64,000 bases of DNA from the IMG/VR virus record IMGVR_UViG_3300045988_150343; one strand, 5' to 3'. The stretch is from a virus. The notes under the pieces were generated by a model, which had not been told where the DNA came from, did no database searches, and saw only the letters and a list, made by a program, of their open reading frames with translations. A program made the translations under genes and the position numbers. Positions 43,277-53,495 of the stretch are shown in pieces (within the stretch, counting starts at the first letter, position 1; the number at the start of each line of letters is the position of its first letter).

Positions 43277-44518
43277 TTATCGTATTCGCATAATATATAG
43301 TAAAGTGAAATACTGGGGGAGAGTAGGAACCGGGGTTGGGTTATCAGAACCCTCATAGTCAGTATAACTTCCGTTCAGGGCATCTTTATTTACATATAGG
43401 GCCATTGCCCAGCTAGTATTAGTTGATGCATTATCACCCTTATTGTTTCGAAGGTAAGGTATTCCCCCGTGCCTATGTCTAGGCATATGAGCTGTAGTAA
43501 GGGTTACCTCATTCTGACCTCCTTTATCTCCGGGCTTAAATCCTCCGCCTCCACCCCGGATAAACTTACCCGTGAGATCAGGAGTTCCCTGGTTACCATC
43601 GCAGATTGCCCAGCCTTCTGGAACCGAAGTACCATACCAAGCGATGATACCCCCGATAGGTATAGTCCCAAGAACCTCTTTATCTTTAGTATCTCCTATA
43701 TCTCCCAAACGATAGTCGATGTAGGCTTTGAGTGAAGTATAGCCCGTTAGCCCATTTAATACGAAGTCATTCAGATAAGAAAGGACCCTTTTGAGTTTGA
43801 AATAGTAGTCCGGGGTAAACGGTAGAGACTGAGGGAATACTCCACCGTATGGTACCAAAGCAAAATCTTCGTTGTCGTTGGTATATACATTAGTACCAGT
43901 ACCATATATACCGATTAGTACTGCCGTATTAGAACTGTTATACCAGTCTCCAACAGCAGCAATGACTTTTTTCTCAAGGTCTTCAAAGCTTATATGGGAG
44001 CTTTGCCAAGGGTCTATGTCCAGACTGGTATTCTCAGTTTTTCCATAGTCTTGGTCTATAGACTGTTTCCAGTACTCATAGAAGGATTGCTGAGAAGAGT
44101 TCCAATATGCCACAAGAGTAGGCATATTGTTTATGGGTTCCTGAACATCTTGGAATACTGCGAATACCAAGACCTCGTTCCAAGCCCCCTTACTACCTCG
44201 AATGTTATCAATTACAAGGTTGGGTTGAGTAGAAACCCAAATGTGTCCGCTTCGGTTAATTAAACCGAAACTGGGTAGAGCACTTTCTCCTCGGAGAGTA
44301 ACTCTCCTAGCAAGTACTCGGTCATTGATATCCTTATAATAAGGAGAAGGTTTAGTAGTAGCCAGTTCACCTGGGGAACGGGGTGAAAGGGTTATTGAAG
44401 TGTTGGTTACTTGTGCAGAACCAAAGCCCATGAAAGGGCCAAGGCCAACAGGAAAAGCAATGGCCTCAGCCACTTCCTTACTGCCTATTTGACCTTCGTA
44501 AGTAAAGTACGTTTTCAT
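43277..44518 (-). CDS. tail fiber protein with a C-terminal phage tail-collar domain
   Basis: 413 aa. 'IIAWYGTSVPEGWAICDGNQGTPDLTGKFIRGGGGG..GGQNEVTLTTAHMPRHRHGG' matches the tail-collar signature (..GW..CDG...PDLRG.f..G......GG...vTLt...mP.H.H). Confidence 0.75.
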   Translation of the reverse strand: MKTYFTYEGQIGSKEVAEAIAFPVGLGPFMGFGSAQVTNTSITLSPRSPGELATTKPSPYYKDINDRVLARRVTLRGESALPSFGLINRSGHIWVSTQPNLVIDNIRGSKGAWNEVLVFAVFQDVQEPINNMPTLVAYWNSSQQSFYEYWKQSIDQDYGKTENTSLDIDPWQSSHISFEDLEKKVIAAVGDWYNSSNTAVLIGIYGTGTNVYTNDNEDFALVPYGGVFPQSLPFTPDYYFKLKRVLSYLNDFVLNGLTGYTSLKAYIDYRLGDIGDTKDKEVLGTIPIGGIIAWYGTSVPEGWAICDGNQGTPDLTGKFIRGGGGGFKPGDKGGQNEVTLTTAHMPRHRHGGIPYLRNNKGDNASTNTSWAMALYVNKDALNGSYTDYEGSDNPTPVPTLPQYFTLLYIMRIR

Positions 44519-45057
44519 ATCTTTTCTTCTTCTTCGTTAGGATTAAGTGGTGCTTGTAAATTATCTGTTTCACTTTTGTTGATAGTAATATTCTCTAATT
44601 CTCTAAGTTCTCTGACCCGGAGGGTGAGTATTAGCCATAGAACTTTGAATATTGAGATTTCTTTTTTAGCTCCATGAAGGAAACATATATGTGAATAAAT
44701 AGAGTCTATCTCAAAGGTGTAACAGAGGATAAGAATGCCTGATGAAATATATAAAGGGTTAATATCCCAAGGCTGAGCAATAGCCATTGCCAGCGTAGTC
44801 CCTAGAACGATATATAGAATATAATCTATAAACTTATTAAAAGTTCTTCTTCCTGCACTAGAACGTCTAATTTCTAAACCTTTTTTACGGGATACTTGAA
44901 TACCAAACCATAGGTCGGCTAAGATGAGAGCAAAAGCTGCCAGTATAAACCACCGTAGCTCAAATAATACCGAGCCGATTTCTCCTAATAAAGTGGTCAT
45001 AGAGAGTTTTAGTCCTCGAGATACAGTTTCTGTAATGTGTACTTCTTCATTCAACAT
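44515..45057 (-). CDS. multi-pass membrane protein, holin-like
   Basis: 180 aa with 3-4 predicted TM helices. 'LILADLWFGIQVSRKKGLEIRRSSAGRRTFNKFIDYIL' resembles the phage_holin_4 pattern (D..tG......k....S....rG..kK). Confidence 0.4.
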   Translation of the reverse strand: MLNEEVHITETVSRGLKLSMTTLLGEIGSVLFELRWFILAAFALILADLWFGIQVSRKKGLEIRRSSAGRRTFNKFIDYILYIVLGTTLAMAIAQPWDINPLYISSGILILCYTFEIDSIYSHICFLHGAKKEISIFKVLWLILTLRVRELRELENITINKSETDNLQAPLNPNEEEEKI

Positions 45058-45060
45058 AAT

Positions 45061-47784
45061 TTATACTTCTATTATGGGTGGTAGATTCTCTTCTGTGATA
45101 GTTACGAGTACATTAGTTGGTACCTTGATGTCTATGGTGCGCTCGGAGGTGTCACGGGAATCCCATACTAAGAAGTCCCTACTTACTTGGAGGCCAGTGT
45201 TAATAGTGCTGTCTACCACAAAAGTAGCCTCTTTAGTAGGATCATCTAGGGCGGTGAATACGTGAGTACCGGGATCACTAGTCTTAAAGATATACTCGGG
45301 ATTAGCTACATAAATACTAGCTTCACCGTCTATCTTAAACCTAAATAATTCGGATTTATTAGTGGTACCGGTTACTCTAGTAGAAACGACTCTCTGGTTT
45401 TCAGTGAGAGTACCACTAGTGGGATTACAACTAATAGTAACTACTGCAGGATAATCCCGAAGTATCACGGTAAGAGTAATGCCGGTAGAAGTTTGGAAGT
45501 TTAGAGTTTGATCTCCTTGAACTTCTATCTCTATGGTATCATCTTCACTATTAGCCACAAAATATATTTGACCATTAGGTCCCACTATCTCCCCCGAATA
45601 ATTTCCTTCAAAAGTAAACTTAGCTATATTTTTACCGGGTTCAGCTTGGAAGGTTAGTCGAATATCCCTAGTCGAGTCATTGGGATCCATACCAGACCAC
45701 TGAGCTCTTTGACTCCTATTAGGAGAGATGTATAAAACTTCTGAGGGCTTTTCCGTTATAACTGATACGGTGTCCCGTAGATTAGGGTTTTCTTTAGCAT
45801 AGAAAATTAGTTGATATGGCTCTAGAGTATCACCACCATTATGAGTAACCGTGAAAGAGTATTTAGCTAAGCCACCTACGTACTCTTTGAATGTACAGTT
45901 TATCTCTTGTTTCTTCTCCTGCCCCGTTCTAGAATCCTCCATCACAACTACTGGATTATAATTTTGGGCAGCGGTTTGAGTAAGGTTGGCAATAATTAAT
46001 TCTCCTCCTAAAGTTCTTTGGGATGGGGTGCTGGAGTATTGGAAAGTTAAGGGATTAGGAGATACACTTATGCTCCTAAAGATAGGTCTGAGAACTTGTT
46101 CAGAGTCGGATAATACCCGTAATACTACATCTTCACTTACTTGGTCCATTAGGATAGCCCTAAAGGTATAAGAACCAGCTCCTCTAGAAAAAGGTATGAA
46201 AGACTGGCCAGATTTATATTTTAAAAAGGTATTAGAAATGTCTACTACGGAGGCCTGAGGTTGTTCTACACCCTCCCTGTTGGTTACTCTGAAAGTAGTT
46301 TCGAATTTATGAGATGTCCAAGTTGCTCCGTCTTCACTAGCATAGATACCGGGAGCTAACTTTGATATGTCTGTACCAGAACCTATACCAGGCTCAAAAT
46401 TATTATCTTTAATAAGAAGGTATTTGGGGTCTAAGTTCAGGATAAGTACCTCTAATTCTGCTTTATACTCGGCAGTAGCATCAATATAAATGTTTGCTTT
46501 TCGGCTTCGGTAATCCTGAACACTGAAGGTCTGTGTACCGTAATAGTCTACCGTAACTTTAGCAGTACCATTACCAAAGACTTGGCCAGTGTTATCCCAA
46601 TGAATGGCAGGGTTTTTAGTTGAGACATGGATTCTTACCCCATTGAGGTATGTATAAATGTTCTCGACAGCCTTTACATTTATCTCTATGGTTTTCTTTT
46701 TACTAGATAGTATTCGGTCTCCAGCAGCTAAGGGTGACACTATCCAGATCATATACTGACTGGTAGTGTACATTTCATTAACTTTTACACTTACCGGAGA
46801 GGAACCAAGGGCCTTAGCAACGGGCCTAAACCAATAACTTTTATTACCTAAGTATATGGTATAATTTGGATCCGTATATTCTTGAAGACCCCAATCTTCT
46901 TGGGTAGGGGTTTCATCAAGGCCAACCACAGCAACCTGGTAAGCTAGAGATACCAAAGGGTTATCCTTTACCACTGGGCTGACCTTTACTTGTACAGTAG
47001 CTTTCTCGTCTAAGTTCAAATCCATTTCTTTAGTTGAAACAGAAATAGTTACTTGACTTAGGCTTGCTTGACCCACTACTCGGATAATCGGGTTAATGTA
47101 AAAGGGTACAAACCGTTCGATGAAAGCCTTAACCTGTTTAATGTAGGGTAATAATTGGCTTTGAGTCCAAGTCTTAAGGTACTCGGGGATGGTAAGGCTG
47201 AAGGTAACATCTAAGCAATTCTGGCACCTATAGTAGTTATCAAGAGTAGCCTTATCGAACTGAGTATCCTCTAAATCGAATCGAGTGGTATGATCTTTTA
47301 AGAAAGGGTTCTCATCTATGGGGGAAATTATGCCGATATCTAGCCCATACAGCCGGAACATTATCTCAAAGAATTGTTGGGTACCCCTTATCTTAAAAAG
47401 GGATACTGAGTATTTTATCAAAGCCCGGTAGTCCAGGTTAGCTTTTCCGGTATAGGGTTGAGTAGACCGGGTAGCTTGTTGAATTGCCTCATCAAAATTA
47501 AACCCCGTAAAGGTTTTGGTGAAAATTTCACCATCTATGATGGGGCCCTGAGCAAAAGGCAGCTCTCCAAAGAATTTCCAAAAGTTTTGAATAAATATAA
47601 CATTAGTCTGGTTAACGTCTAGAATTTCTAGGAAGTTATCCAAGTCTTTTACCGGGTACTCCTGAAAATAGTTTCCGCAAATATTTAGAAACCTTTCCAA
47701 GAGCCCTTGCCCATTTACCTTATAGGAGTCATTCTCCTTAAAGTAGTACGGGAAAAAGTCTATGAGGTTGTTTAAGTCTATCAT
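45061..47784 (-). CDS. baseplate/tail protein with a P2 gpI-like N-terminal domain and a long beta-rich extension
   Basis: 907 aa, directly downstream of the gpJ-like gene. The N-terminal ~220 aa include 'YSVSLFKIRGTQQFFEIMFRLYGLDI' (the gpI-type ..y..kGT......l...G pattern). The rest is rich in Thr, Ser, Val and Asn. Confidence 0.5.
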   Translation of the reverse strand: MIDLNNLIDFFPYYFKENDSYKVNGQGLLERFLNICGNYFQEYPVKDLDNFLEILDVNQTNVIFIQNFWKFFGELPFAQGPIIDGEIFTKTFTGFNFDEAIQQATRSTQPYTGKANLDYRALIKYSVSLFKIRGTQQFFEIMFRLYGLDIGIISPIDENPFLKDHTTRFDLEDTQFDKATLDNYYRCQNCLDVTFSLTIPEYLKTWTQSQLLPYIKQVKAFIERFVPFYINPIIRVVGQASLSQVTISVSTKEMDLNLDEKATVQVKVSPVVKDNPLVSLAYQVAVVGLDETPTQEDWGLQEYTDPNYTIYLGNKSYWFRPVAKALGSSPVSVKVNEMYTTSQYMIWIVSPLAAGDRILSSKKKTIEINVKAVENIYTYLNGVRIHVSTKNPAIHWDNTGQVFGNGTAKVTVDYYGTQTFSVQDYRSRKANIYIDATAEYKAELEVLILNLDPKYLLIKDNNFEPGIGSGTDISKLAPGIYASEDGATWTSHKFETTFRVTNREGVEQPQASVVDISNTFLKYKSGQSFIPFSRGAGSYTFRAILMDQVSEDVVLRVLSDSEQVLRPIFRSISVSPNPLTFQYSSTPSQRTLGGELIIANLTQTAAQNYNPVVVMEDSRTGQEKKQEINCTFKEYVGGLAKYSFTVTHNGGDTLEPYQLIFYAKENPNLRDTVSVITEKPSEVLYISPNRSQRAQWSGMDPNDSTRDIRLTFQAEPGKNIAKFTFEGNYSGEIVGPNGQIYFVANSEDDTIEIEVQGDQTLNFQTSTGITLTVILRDYPAVVTISCNPTSGTLTENQRVVSTRVTGTTNKSELFRFKIDGEASIYVANPEYIFKTSDPGTHVFTALDDPTKEATFVVDSTINTGLQVSRDFLVWDSRDTSERTIDIKVPTNVLVTITEENLPPIIEV

Positions 47785-49487
47785 GTCGTTTCAGTGATGT
47801 TAAGTGTAAGGTTATTAACGTCAAATACCGGGATGTTAAACCCTGCCTGCTCATAATCTGAGTTAGTATCTGCTACGGTGAACTCATACTTATATCCCCC
47901 ATGGAAACCTTTACCACCCAATTGGATATCGAAGTCAAAGCCATTAGGGTAGTTAACATTTAGAGATTGACCAAGAGTACCTTCAAACTGTTGGTAACTA
48001 GCTTCCTGGTTTGATGAAAAAGTGGTGATGTTATCCTGGGGCAGTATTCTAAATTGAGAGCCCGTTATAAACTCTACTAGATACTTAGCCTGACCGTTAG
48101 TAGATTTTATATTGAAATCATTAACGGTTAACTGGGCATTACCAAAAATAACCTTAGGCCAAGGCATAACATAAAAGGTCTTAATGTGTAGGTAGTCTAC
48201 AGGAGGTTGGTTGTCAATTAAAGCGTAGATATCGGATAGCCTTACTTTTCCTCCAATAGGCCCATCTATCGGATAAGCCTTACTTAATGCCGAAACAATT
48301 GAGTTTCGGATATCATCGGACTTATATGAGGGTTTACCCACTACATCTACTTTAAGGACCATCTTACTTTGTTCAGCAAAATAAACCTTAAGCCAAGTGT
48401 TCATAGGAGAACGAAGCCTAAGGTAATTAAGTACCTTGGAGGTCAAACCGGAGGGCTGACCTCCGCCCATAGCCGATATATAGATATTAAGTTTCCTACC
48501 ACAGATATACTCCAAAGCAGCCTGTGACACTTCTGGGATTTGTTGGGTTAAGTCTATGTAGTCCTGTTTAGTGATAGCTACTCCAAGAGTCTTAACACTT
48601 AAAGGTATCCTCTTTTTCAGGGTCTCAAAGTCCTCATAGTCAGAACCACCCCCACCTGAAAGGTTTGAGTAAGAGCATCCCTCATAAGTACCTGTAATAG
48701 CAGCTGGGCTAATATTCCCCCTAGCCCCTTGAGTTATATAAATATTACCAGTAACACTTTGACCAACCAAGGGCTTTTTACCAAATACCCCGTCACCAAA
48801 TACCATGTCTAGTCCCCCCGCAGAATTGGACTCTATGATAAAGTGGGTATCTGTGGGTTTGGAGTAAGCAAAAGTTTCTACTTCACTATAAGCTACTCCA
48901 CCAACTTTTACGTCGTTGGAGCTTAGGTGTTCATAGCCTGATTGTATACCTGATAATGAGGCCTTCAAGTTCCCCTTTTCATCTTTACCCACTGTGGTAG
49001 ATATACCGTTAGTTATGAGTTGATGTTGAATAAAGGGTACAGTAACCTGTGAGGTATTAGCGGGCATAGTAACCCTGGTTAAAGCCATCCAAGTATTACC
49101 ATTATCATCATTCAGGGTTAAACCTTGGGGAATGGTTAAGGGGTTTATGGAGTCTGTTATAGAACGGGTAAATACTACATCGCATAACGCGGCTATGGCC
49201 GCCTTAGGATGGTAATCCACGAGGCGGCCATGTTTAACTACTGAGTCATACCTTCTAGCCGAAGTTAAGAAGGTTTCTCTTGCAACATTGTCTATGTATA
49301 CATGGATAACTTCTGCTATGCCTGAAAAGAGGGATAGGATAAGTACTAAGATGTTGCCCTCTGTATTATCCGTAATTAAAGTGTTGCCCTCTTTATCTTT
49401 TAAAGCTAACAGCTTATCCACAAGTTTTTGCTTGATTTGCTGATACCCTCTTTCCAAAGGGGACAGCCAGGGATTCTGTATTGCCAT
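47781..49487 (-). CDS. baseplate wedge protein (gpJ / T4 gp6-like)
   Basis: 568 aa. It sits immediately after the gp25/gpW-like gene and before the gpI-like gene, the canonical V-W-J-I order. Confidence 0.65.
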   Translation of the reverse strand: MAIQNPWLSPLERGYQQIKQKLVDKLLALKDKEGNTLITDNTEGNILVLILSLFSGIAEVIHVYIDNVARETFLTSARRYDSVVKHGRLVDYHPKAAIAALCDVVFTRSITDSINPLTIPQGLTLNDDNGNTWMALTRVTMPANTSQVTVPFIQHQLITNGISTTVGKDEKGNLKASLSGIQSGYEHLSSNDVKVGGVAYSEVETFAYSKPTDTHFIIESNSAGGLDMVFGDGVFGKKPLVGQSVTGNIYITQGARGNISPAAITGTYEGCSYSNLSGGGGSDYEDFETLKKRIPLSVKTLGVAITKQDYIDLTQQIPEVSQAALEYICGRKLNIYISAMGGGQPSGLTSKVLNYLRLRSPMNTWLKVYFAEQSKMVLKVDVVGKPSYKSDDIRNSIVSALSKAYPIDGPIGGKVRLSDIYALIDNQPPVDYLHIKTFYVMPWPKVIFGNAQLTVNDFNIKSTNGQAKYLVEFITGSQFRILPQDNITTFSSNQEASYQQFEGTLGQSLNVNYPNGFDFDIQLGGKGFHGGYKYEFTVADTNSDYEQAGFNIPVFDVNNLTLNITETT

Positions 49488-49489
49488 AG

Positions 49490-49906
49490 TTATGTGGGTC
49501 TAGTGATTGATGTACTCAAATTATCATTTAAGGCCGTCAAGTTAATACCATAGTTTATCTGGAAAAGGAGTTGATCCTCCCTTTGAGCCATATAAAGATT
49601 TTGGTAGGTTATTCGTGGTTCAAATTGTTGAATACCATTAAGTATGAAAGCCTTAATATAAAACCTAAGGGCTTGTGTATTAGGCTCCTCTAAACAGGAG
49701 GTAATATGGGTCCCATAGTCTTCTTGTCTAAACCTGAACCCAATGGGGTATAATATCAGGCTCTGAAGGTTGTTCTTTATAAGGTTAACATCCCCCTTAA
49801 CGGGGTACCACCCTTGGCCATGTTTAGACTCTGATAGCTCTATAGGGAAGGTCATACCAGAACCTATGGCTATCTCATTCATGTTTTGTTTTTGGAGAGG
49901 GTTCAT
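49490..49906 (-). CDS. baseplate wedge protein gpW / T4 gp25-like
   Basis: 138 aa. 'GSGMTFPIEL....G....NNLQSLILYPIGFRFRQEDYGTHI' fits the GPW_gp25 pattern (G.G..fP........i..si..iL.T..GeR...p.yG..l). Confidence 0.75.
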   Translation of the reverse strand: MNPLQKQNMNEIAIGSGMTFPIELSESKHGQGWYPVKGDVNLIKNNLQSLILYPIGFRFRQEDYGTHITSCLEEPNTQALRFYIKAFILNGIQQFEPRITYQNLYMAQREDQLLFQINYGINLTALNDNLSTSITRPT

Positions 49907-49909
49907 AGT

Positions 49910-50629
49910 TTAATGGATTATTGAAGTGTCTTGATAGTCGGTTTCCTGGAAAGGTTGGAATACGGTAGTTAGGGGTACTGCTGGAGGTCCAGAAGCTCCA
50001 GGCCCAGTGGTTACTCCCGTATGAGTATGAGTGCTCAACTCTACTTTAAGTTGTTCGAGTTCTTGAACTAATTGGTTCAAACGATTGGTTAAGTCGAGTA
50101 CATTTACTGTACCATCATTCTCGCCCTTATTAAAAACGATTCCGCTTCTGGATAATAGATTAATGTACTCTCCTGATAAAACCACTGTGCCCTCTGAAGA
50201 GGTTATATTTATATTTCCCTGGAAGGATATCTCCAAAGTATCATCATCCTCTCGAAAGACTATGCGATTACCTCGGGGAGTTACAAACCCTCCAGTATTC
50301 GGGCCTATTAGTTGGGGAGGAGTTTCTCCTACTCCCCAACCATGATACTCCCATAGGGCTTTAGAAATATCTCCATACTCAAAGGTGACATATACAAAAT
50401 CTCCAGGTTGTGGAGTCAGGTACTTGAAACCATTCTGAACACTTCCATGGCTACCTTTTGGCAGTGCCCATACTTTTGGAGCATTGGGTATATCTGGAAG
50501 CCATACCAATAAACGATTCAAGTTCTCAGGGTCGGTAGCTTCTTGAACTATGGCCCTATGAATACCATAGTATCGGTTTATAGTTTCTAATCCTCTTTCG
50601 GATAGAAGTTGGAGTATATCGGATGACAT
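49910..50629 (-). CDS. baseplate spike / hub OB-fold protein (gpV / gp5-like)
   Basis: 239 aa. 'YGIHRAIVQEATDPENLNRLLVWLP' and 'PQPGDFVYVTFEYGD' fit the Phage_base_V pattern. Confidence 0.75.
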   Translation of the reverse strand: MSSDILQLLSERGLETINRYYGIHRAIVQEATDPENLNRLLVWLPDIPNAPKVWALPKGSHGSVQNGFKYLTPQPGDFVYVTFEYGDISKALWEYHGWGVGETPPQLIGPNTGGFVTPRGNRIVFREDDDTLEISFQGNINITSSEGTVVLSGEYINLLSRSGIVFNKGENDGTVNVLDLTNRLNQLVQELEQLKVELSTHTHTGVTTGPGASGPPAVPLTTVFQPFQETDYQDTSIIH

Positions 50630-50631
50630 AA

Positions 50632-52737
50632 TTATTTCTTCTTAATAATTGAGAGATTGAGTTGTCCCTTACTAGGCCGGGTAAGCTTGGGTAACTTTAA
50701 CTTCAGAGTATTCCTTAGAGCTTGTTCTGCAGCTCTAGCTCGTCGTTTAGCTTCTTCAGCACGGGCTTTTATCATAGCCTCATAAGCTCTCTTACCAGCA
50801 GGAGTCATCTTAACTTTAGGGGAGAATTTAGAACCTGGTCTCCTATGCTCAGTAGAGTAGTTGTATACGAACTCGTCGATATCTATCTCATACAGGGGTT
50901 CTCCGGTAGTACCATGACTACGGGAATATTTCATCAGTTCTATCATTTCATTGTAAACCTTTCGAGCATTAGCGTCTCCGGTTTGGGCAGCTGCTCCCAT
51001 GTTCTCAAGTAGGGCAATATCTCCACTGTTCCAATTATCGGTTTTATTAGGAGTTACTACTGTAGTAGTTCCAGTATGAGTACCCTTTGTACCTTTTAAA
51101 GTACTTGGAGTAGGTGCTTGACCTGTAACCGAGGTAGATACGGTTATGCCTGATGAGCCAGACCCTCGATCCAAGGTTAAGCTGGTAGTGAACCCATTAG
51201 AATCCAGTTTATGTATACAGGATTTTATATGCCAATAGCCAGAGTATTTTTTACCGATATTTTGTATAGCTATAGTTTGTCCGGCTTCTAATAAGGGGTT
51301 ACCAACAACCGTCATTTGAACTTCGACCTCTTTACGTTTAGCCCTCTTGTTTGAGTTACGTAAAGCGTTAGCCTGTTTAAGCATAGCAACCGGAGAACCC
51401 TCTCGCTGAGCCAACATGTTAATCATGTCTTTAACCGTAACTTTAACCGGAGCAGCACCAGAGAGGTCTACAGTGACTACTATTTTATCTCCATAGTTGA
51501 GTACTCTAGCTCCCTGAATAGTAGCGTTGTTTATAAAGTATTTAGCCGAAACAGAGTTAGCTGTCTGTTGAATGTAGGATTGGCTAATAGCCATAGGGTA
51601 TCCTTTATAACCGGTTCTACTTTGCTTTCTAGCCATAGCAGTTATCTCGGCATCCGTATACCAGGTACCCTTTATCTTCCACTCAGCTACTCCCCTATCT
51701 CGACTTTTACTCACCCTGCTACTGGCTTGGTTCTTAATTGAGTTTTTAATATCCTCGATAATTTGATCGGTGGGAGTATTCCTATGTCTTCCCCCCTTAA
51801 TATAAAAGGTTTTACAATAATGCAATCTAGAGCGGTGGGTAAACCTAGCTATGGTTTTATCTGCTAAGGGTATTTCCTTATTCAAGATTAGACCCAAAAT
51901 GCTTCCTACCTTACCTGTTTTTATATAATCCAATAACTGAGCTTTGAATAAGGGTTGCTGTACTCCGGTGAAGTTTTGGCGTACCAATTGCTGGATAGCA
52001 TCTGTAACCTTTTGAAGGAATAGCTCATTCTTCGAATGAGCTCTTACAGCATCGGCATTAGCCTTAATCTCATTGTGATATAAGGTCTTCTGACTGGTAG
52101 CATCCATAGTACGCACTAGGGGTTTCTGGATACCCCCATGAGTAGTAGTAGATGTGGCAAACCGAGCTTTGCCTGGAGGTCTTTGTAATACTAAATTAAG
52201 GCCCGCTTTCGGATCTGTAGTCTCACTACCGTATTTATCTAGAATATCCTCAAGAGTAGGGGCAATATTAGTAGTACCATATAAACCCTTTGATGTAGCT
52301 CCCAGAGATACCATACTTTGGCCAACCCCAGCACTCACATAATTGGTAGTAACTTGAACCTTGAGCACTTCTCCAGTTTCATCTTGGTATCTGTAAAGAG
52401 TTTCGGTTTGGTCTGTAACCTTCTTATTGTGGACCAGAAGAATACCATCAGAACCATCTATATACCAAGGCCCAGCATCAGAGTCATATTGGTTTATCAG
52501 TTGCTCCAACTGAGCTCTAAAATTTGGGGCGGTGAGGGTTATATTTGGGTCATTAAATATCTCTTTCAGGTCTGCAGGCATTTCTACGGGTTCTTCTCCG
52601 GAAAAGGCATTAGCATACAGAATTTCAGAAGGAGCCTCTAAAGGTAAATTACTACTCTGTATAGATTCGAAGACTGGGCTAGACATCAACTTCTCGGGAG
52701 ATACCTTACCAGAGGTACTAAATCTTTGTTGTGCCAT
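50632..52737 (-). CDS. baseplate hub protein (P2 gpD / Mu gpP-like domain with large extensions)
   Basis: 701 aa. 'IGKKYSGYWHIKSCIHKLDSNGFTTSLTLDRG' resembles the conserved gpD C-terminal segment (G.y.i..v.H.l...Gy.T.l...). Lies between the tape measure and the spike. Confidence 0.5.
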   Translation of the reverse strand: MAQQRFSTSGKVSPEKLMSSPVFESIQSSNLPLEAPSEILYANAFSGEEPVEMPADLKEIFNDPNITLTAPNFRAQLEQLINQYDSDAGPWYIDGSDGILLVHNKKVTDQTETLYRYQDETGEVLKVQVTTNYVSAGVGQSMVSLGATSKGLYGTTNIAPTLEDILDKYGSETTDPKAGLNLVLQRPPGKARFATSTTTHGGIQKPLVRTMDATSQKTLYHNEIKANADAVRAHSKNELFLQKVTDAIQQLVRQNFTGVQQPLFKAQLLDYIKTGKVGSILGLILNKEIPLADKTIARFTHRSRLHYCKTFYIKGGRHRNTPTDQIIEDIKNSIKNQASSRVSKSRDRGVAEWKIKGTWYTDAEITAMARKQSRTGYKGYPMAISQSYIQQTANSVSAKYFINNATIQGARVLNYGDKIVVTVDLSGAAPVKVTVKDMINMLAQREGSPVAMLKQANALRNSNKRAKRKEVEVQMTVVGNPLLEAGQTIAIQNIGKKYSGYWHIKSCIHKLDSNGFTTSLTLDRGSGSSGITVSTSVTGQAPTPSTLKGTKGTHTGTTTVVTPNKTDNWNSGDIALLENMGAAAQTGDANARKVYNEMIELMKYSRSHGTTGEPLYEIDIDEFVYNYSTEHRRPGSKFSPKVKMTPAGKRAYEAMIKARAEEAKRRARAAEQALRNTLKLKLPKLTRPSKGQLNLSIIKKK

Positions 52738-52738
52738 A

Positions 52739-53239
52739 TCATTTATATTTTCGGATAATTATACCTATGAAGTTATTGCAGCCGTTATCCATGAATTGCT
52801 CAAGGGTAAACTCTTCTTTTTCTGTGCCTTTTGGAAGGGGTATGAAGATTGGAGTGAAACGGGATATCATAGAGTCGTCTATACACTTCAGGGTTATATG
52901 GGTCCCCCGGTCATCAAATAGTAAATCTACATCCTTAACTTTGAGGGCAATAGGCTTACTTGATAGAGTCCTTCCGTCAGCATAGATATAACCAAACTGT
53001 ATAAATATTTGGTGGCCTTCTGATACCTCAGTACCATCAACCATTAGGGAAGAACCTGAGTCTATAAGGATAGTAGCTTGGTTTTCATTACCCACTTCGG
53101 TCTTATAGGAGAAGGAGGATATATATGCTCCTAGAGGAATTCCCGTGAGGGTATTCAGAATTGGTTTACCATCAACGTCAAACAATGCTAGATAGGGCTG
53201 TGCGGTACCTCCTACTAATACTGGGAAATGTACTGGCAT
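52739..53239 (-). CDS. tail/baseplate protein (gpD N-terminal-like)
   Basis: 166 aa. 'GHQIFIQFGYIYADGRTLSSKPIALKVKDVDLLFDDRGTHITLKCID' parallels the N-terminal beta domain of gpD/gp27-type hubs. The call rests on position and pattern. Confidence 0.4.
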   Translation of the reverse strand: MPVHFPVLVGGTAQPYLALFDVDGKPILNTLTGIPLGAYISSFSYKTEVGNENQATILIDSGSSLMVDGTEVSEGHQIFIQFGYIYADGRTLSSKPIALKVKDVDLLFDDRGTHITLKCIDDSMISRFTPIFIPLPKGTEKEEFTLEQFMDNGCNNFIGIIIRKYK

Positions 53240-53240
53240 A

Positions 53241-53495
53241 TCACGTTAAATTAGGTATGAGTAATTTCATCCCTGCTACCACTTCGGTAAAAGGGTTAAG
53301 GATATTATTGGCTAAAGCAATTTTATCCCAATAACCCGAGTCACCATAATAGGCATAGGAAATATTTTGTAGAGTTTGTCCGGGTTTTACTGTATGAACA
53401 GTAGTATAGCCCACAAAGGAAGTCTCTGTGGGCTGTAAAAGTTCATCTCCATCCGGAAATTGGAGAAGAATAGCATTATGATAGGGAGAGCTCAT
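53241..53495 (-). CDS. LysM-domain tail protein (P2 gpX-like)
   Basis: 84 aa. 'HTVKPGQTLQNISYAYYGDSGYWDKIALANNI......GMKLLIP' is a LysM-type motif. Confidence 0.7.
   Translation of the reverse strand: MSSPYHNAILLQFPDGDELLQPTETSFVGYTTVHTVKPGQTLQNISYAYYGDSGYWDKIALANNILNPFTEVVAGMKLLIPNLT

Noticed and set aside
52737-52741. The 166-aa and 701-aa hub-like ORFs might be one gene split by a frameshift.
   Set aside because: The downstream ORF has its own ATG 1 nt after the upstream TGA, in a different frame, a typical coupled-gene arrangement in this genome. No slippery sequence is present at the junction.
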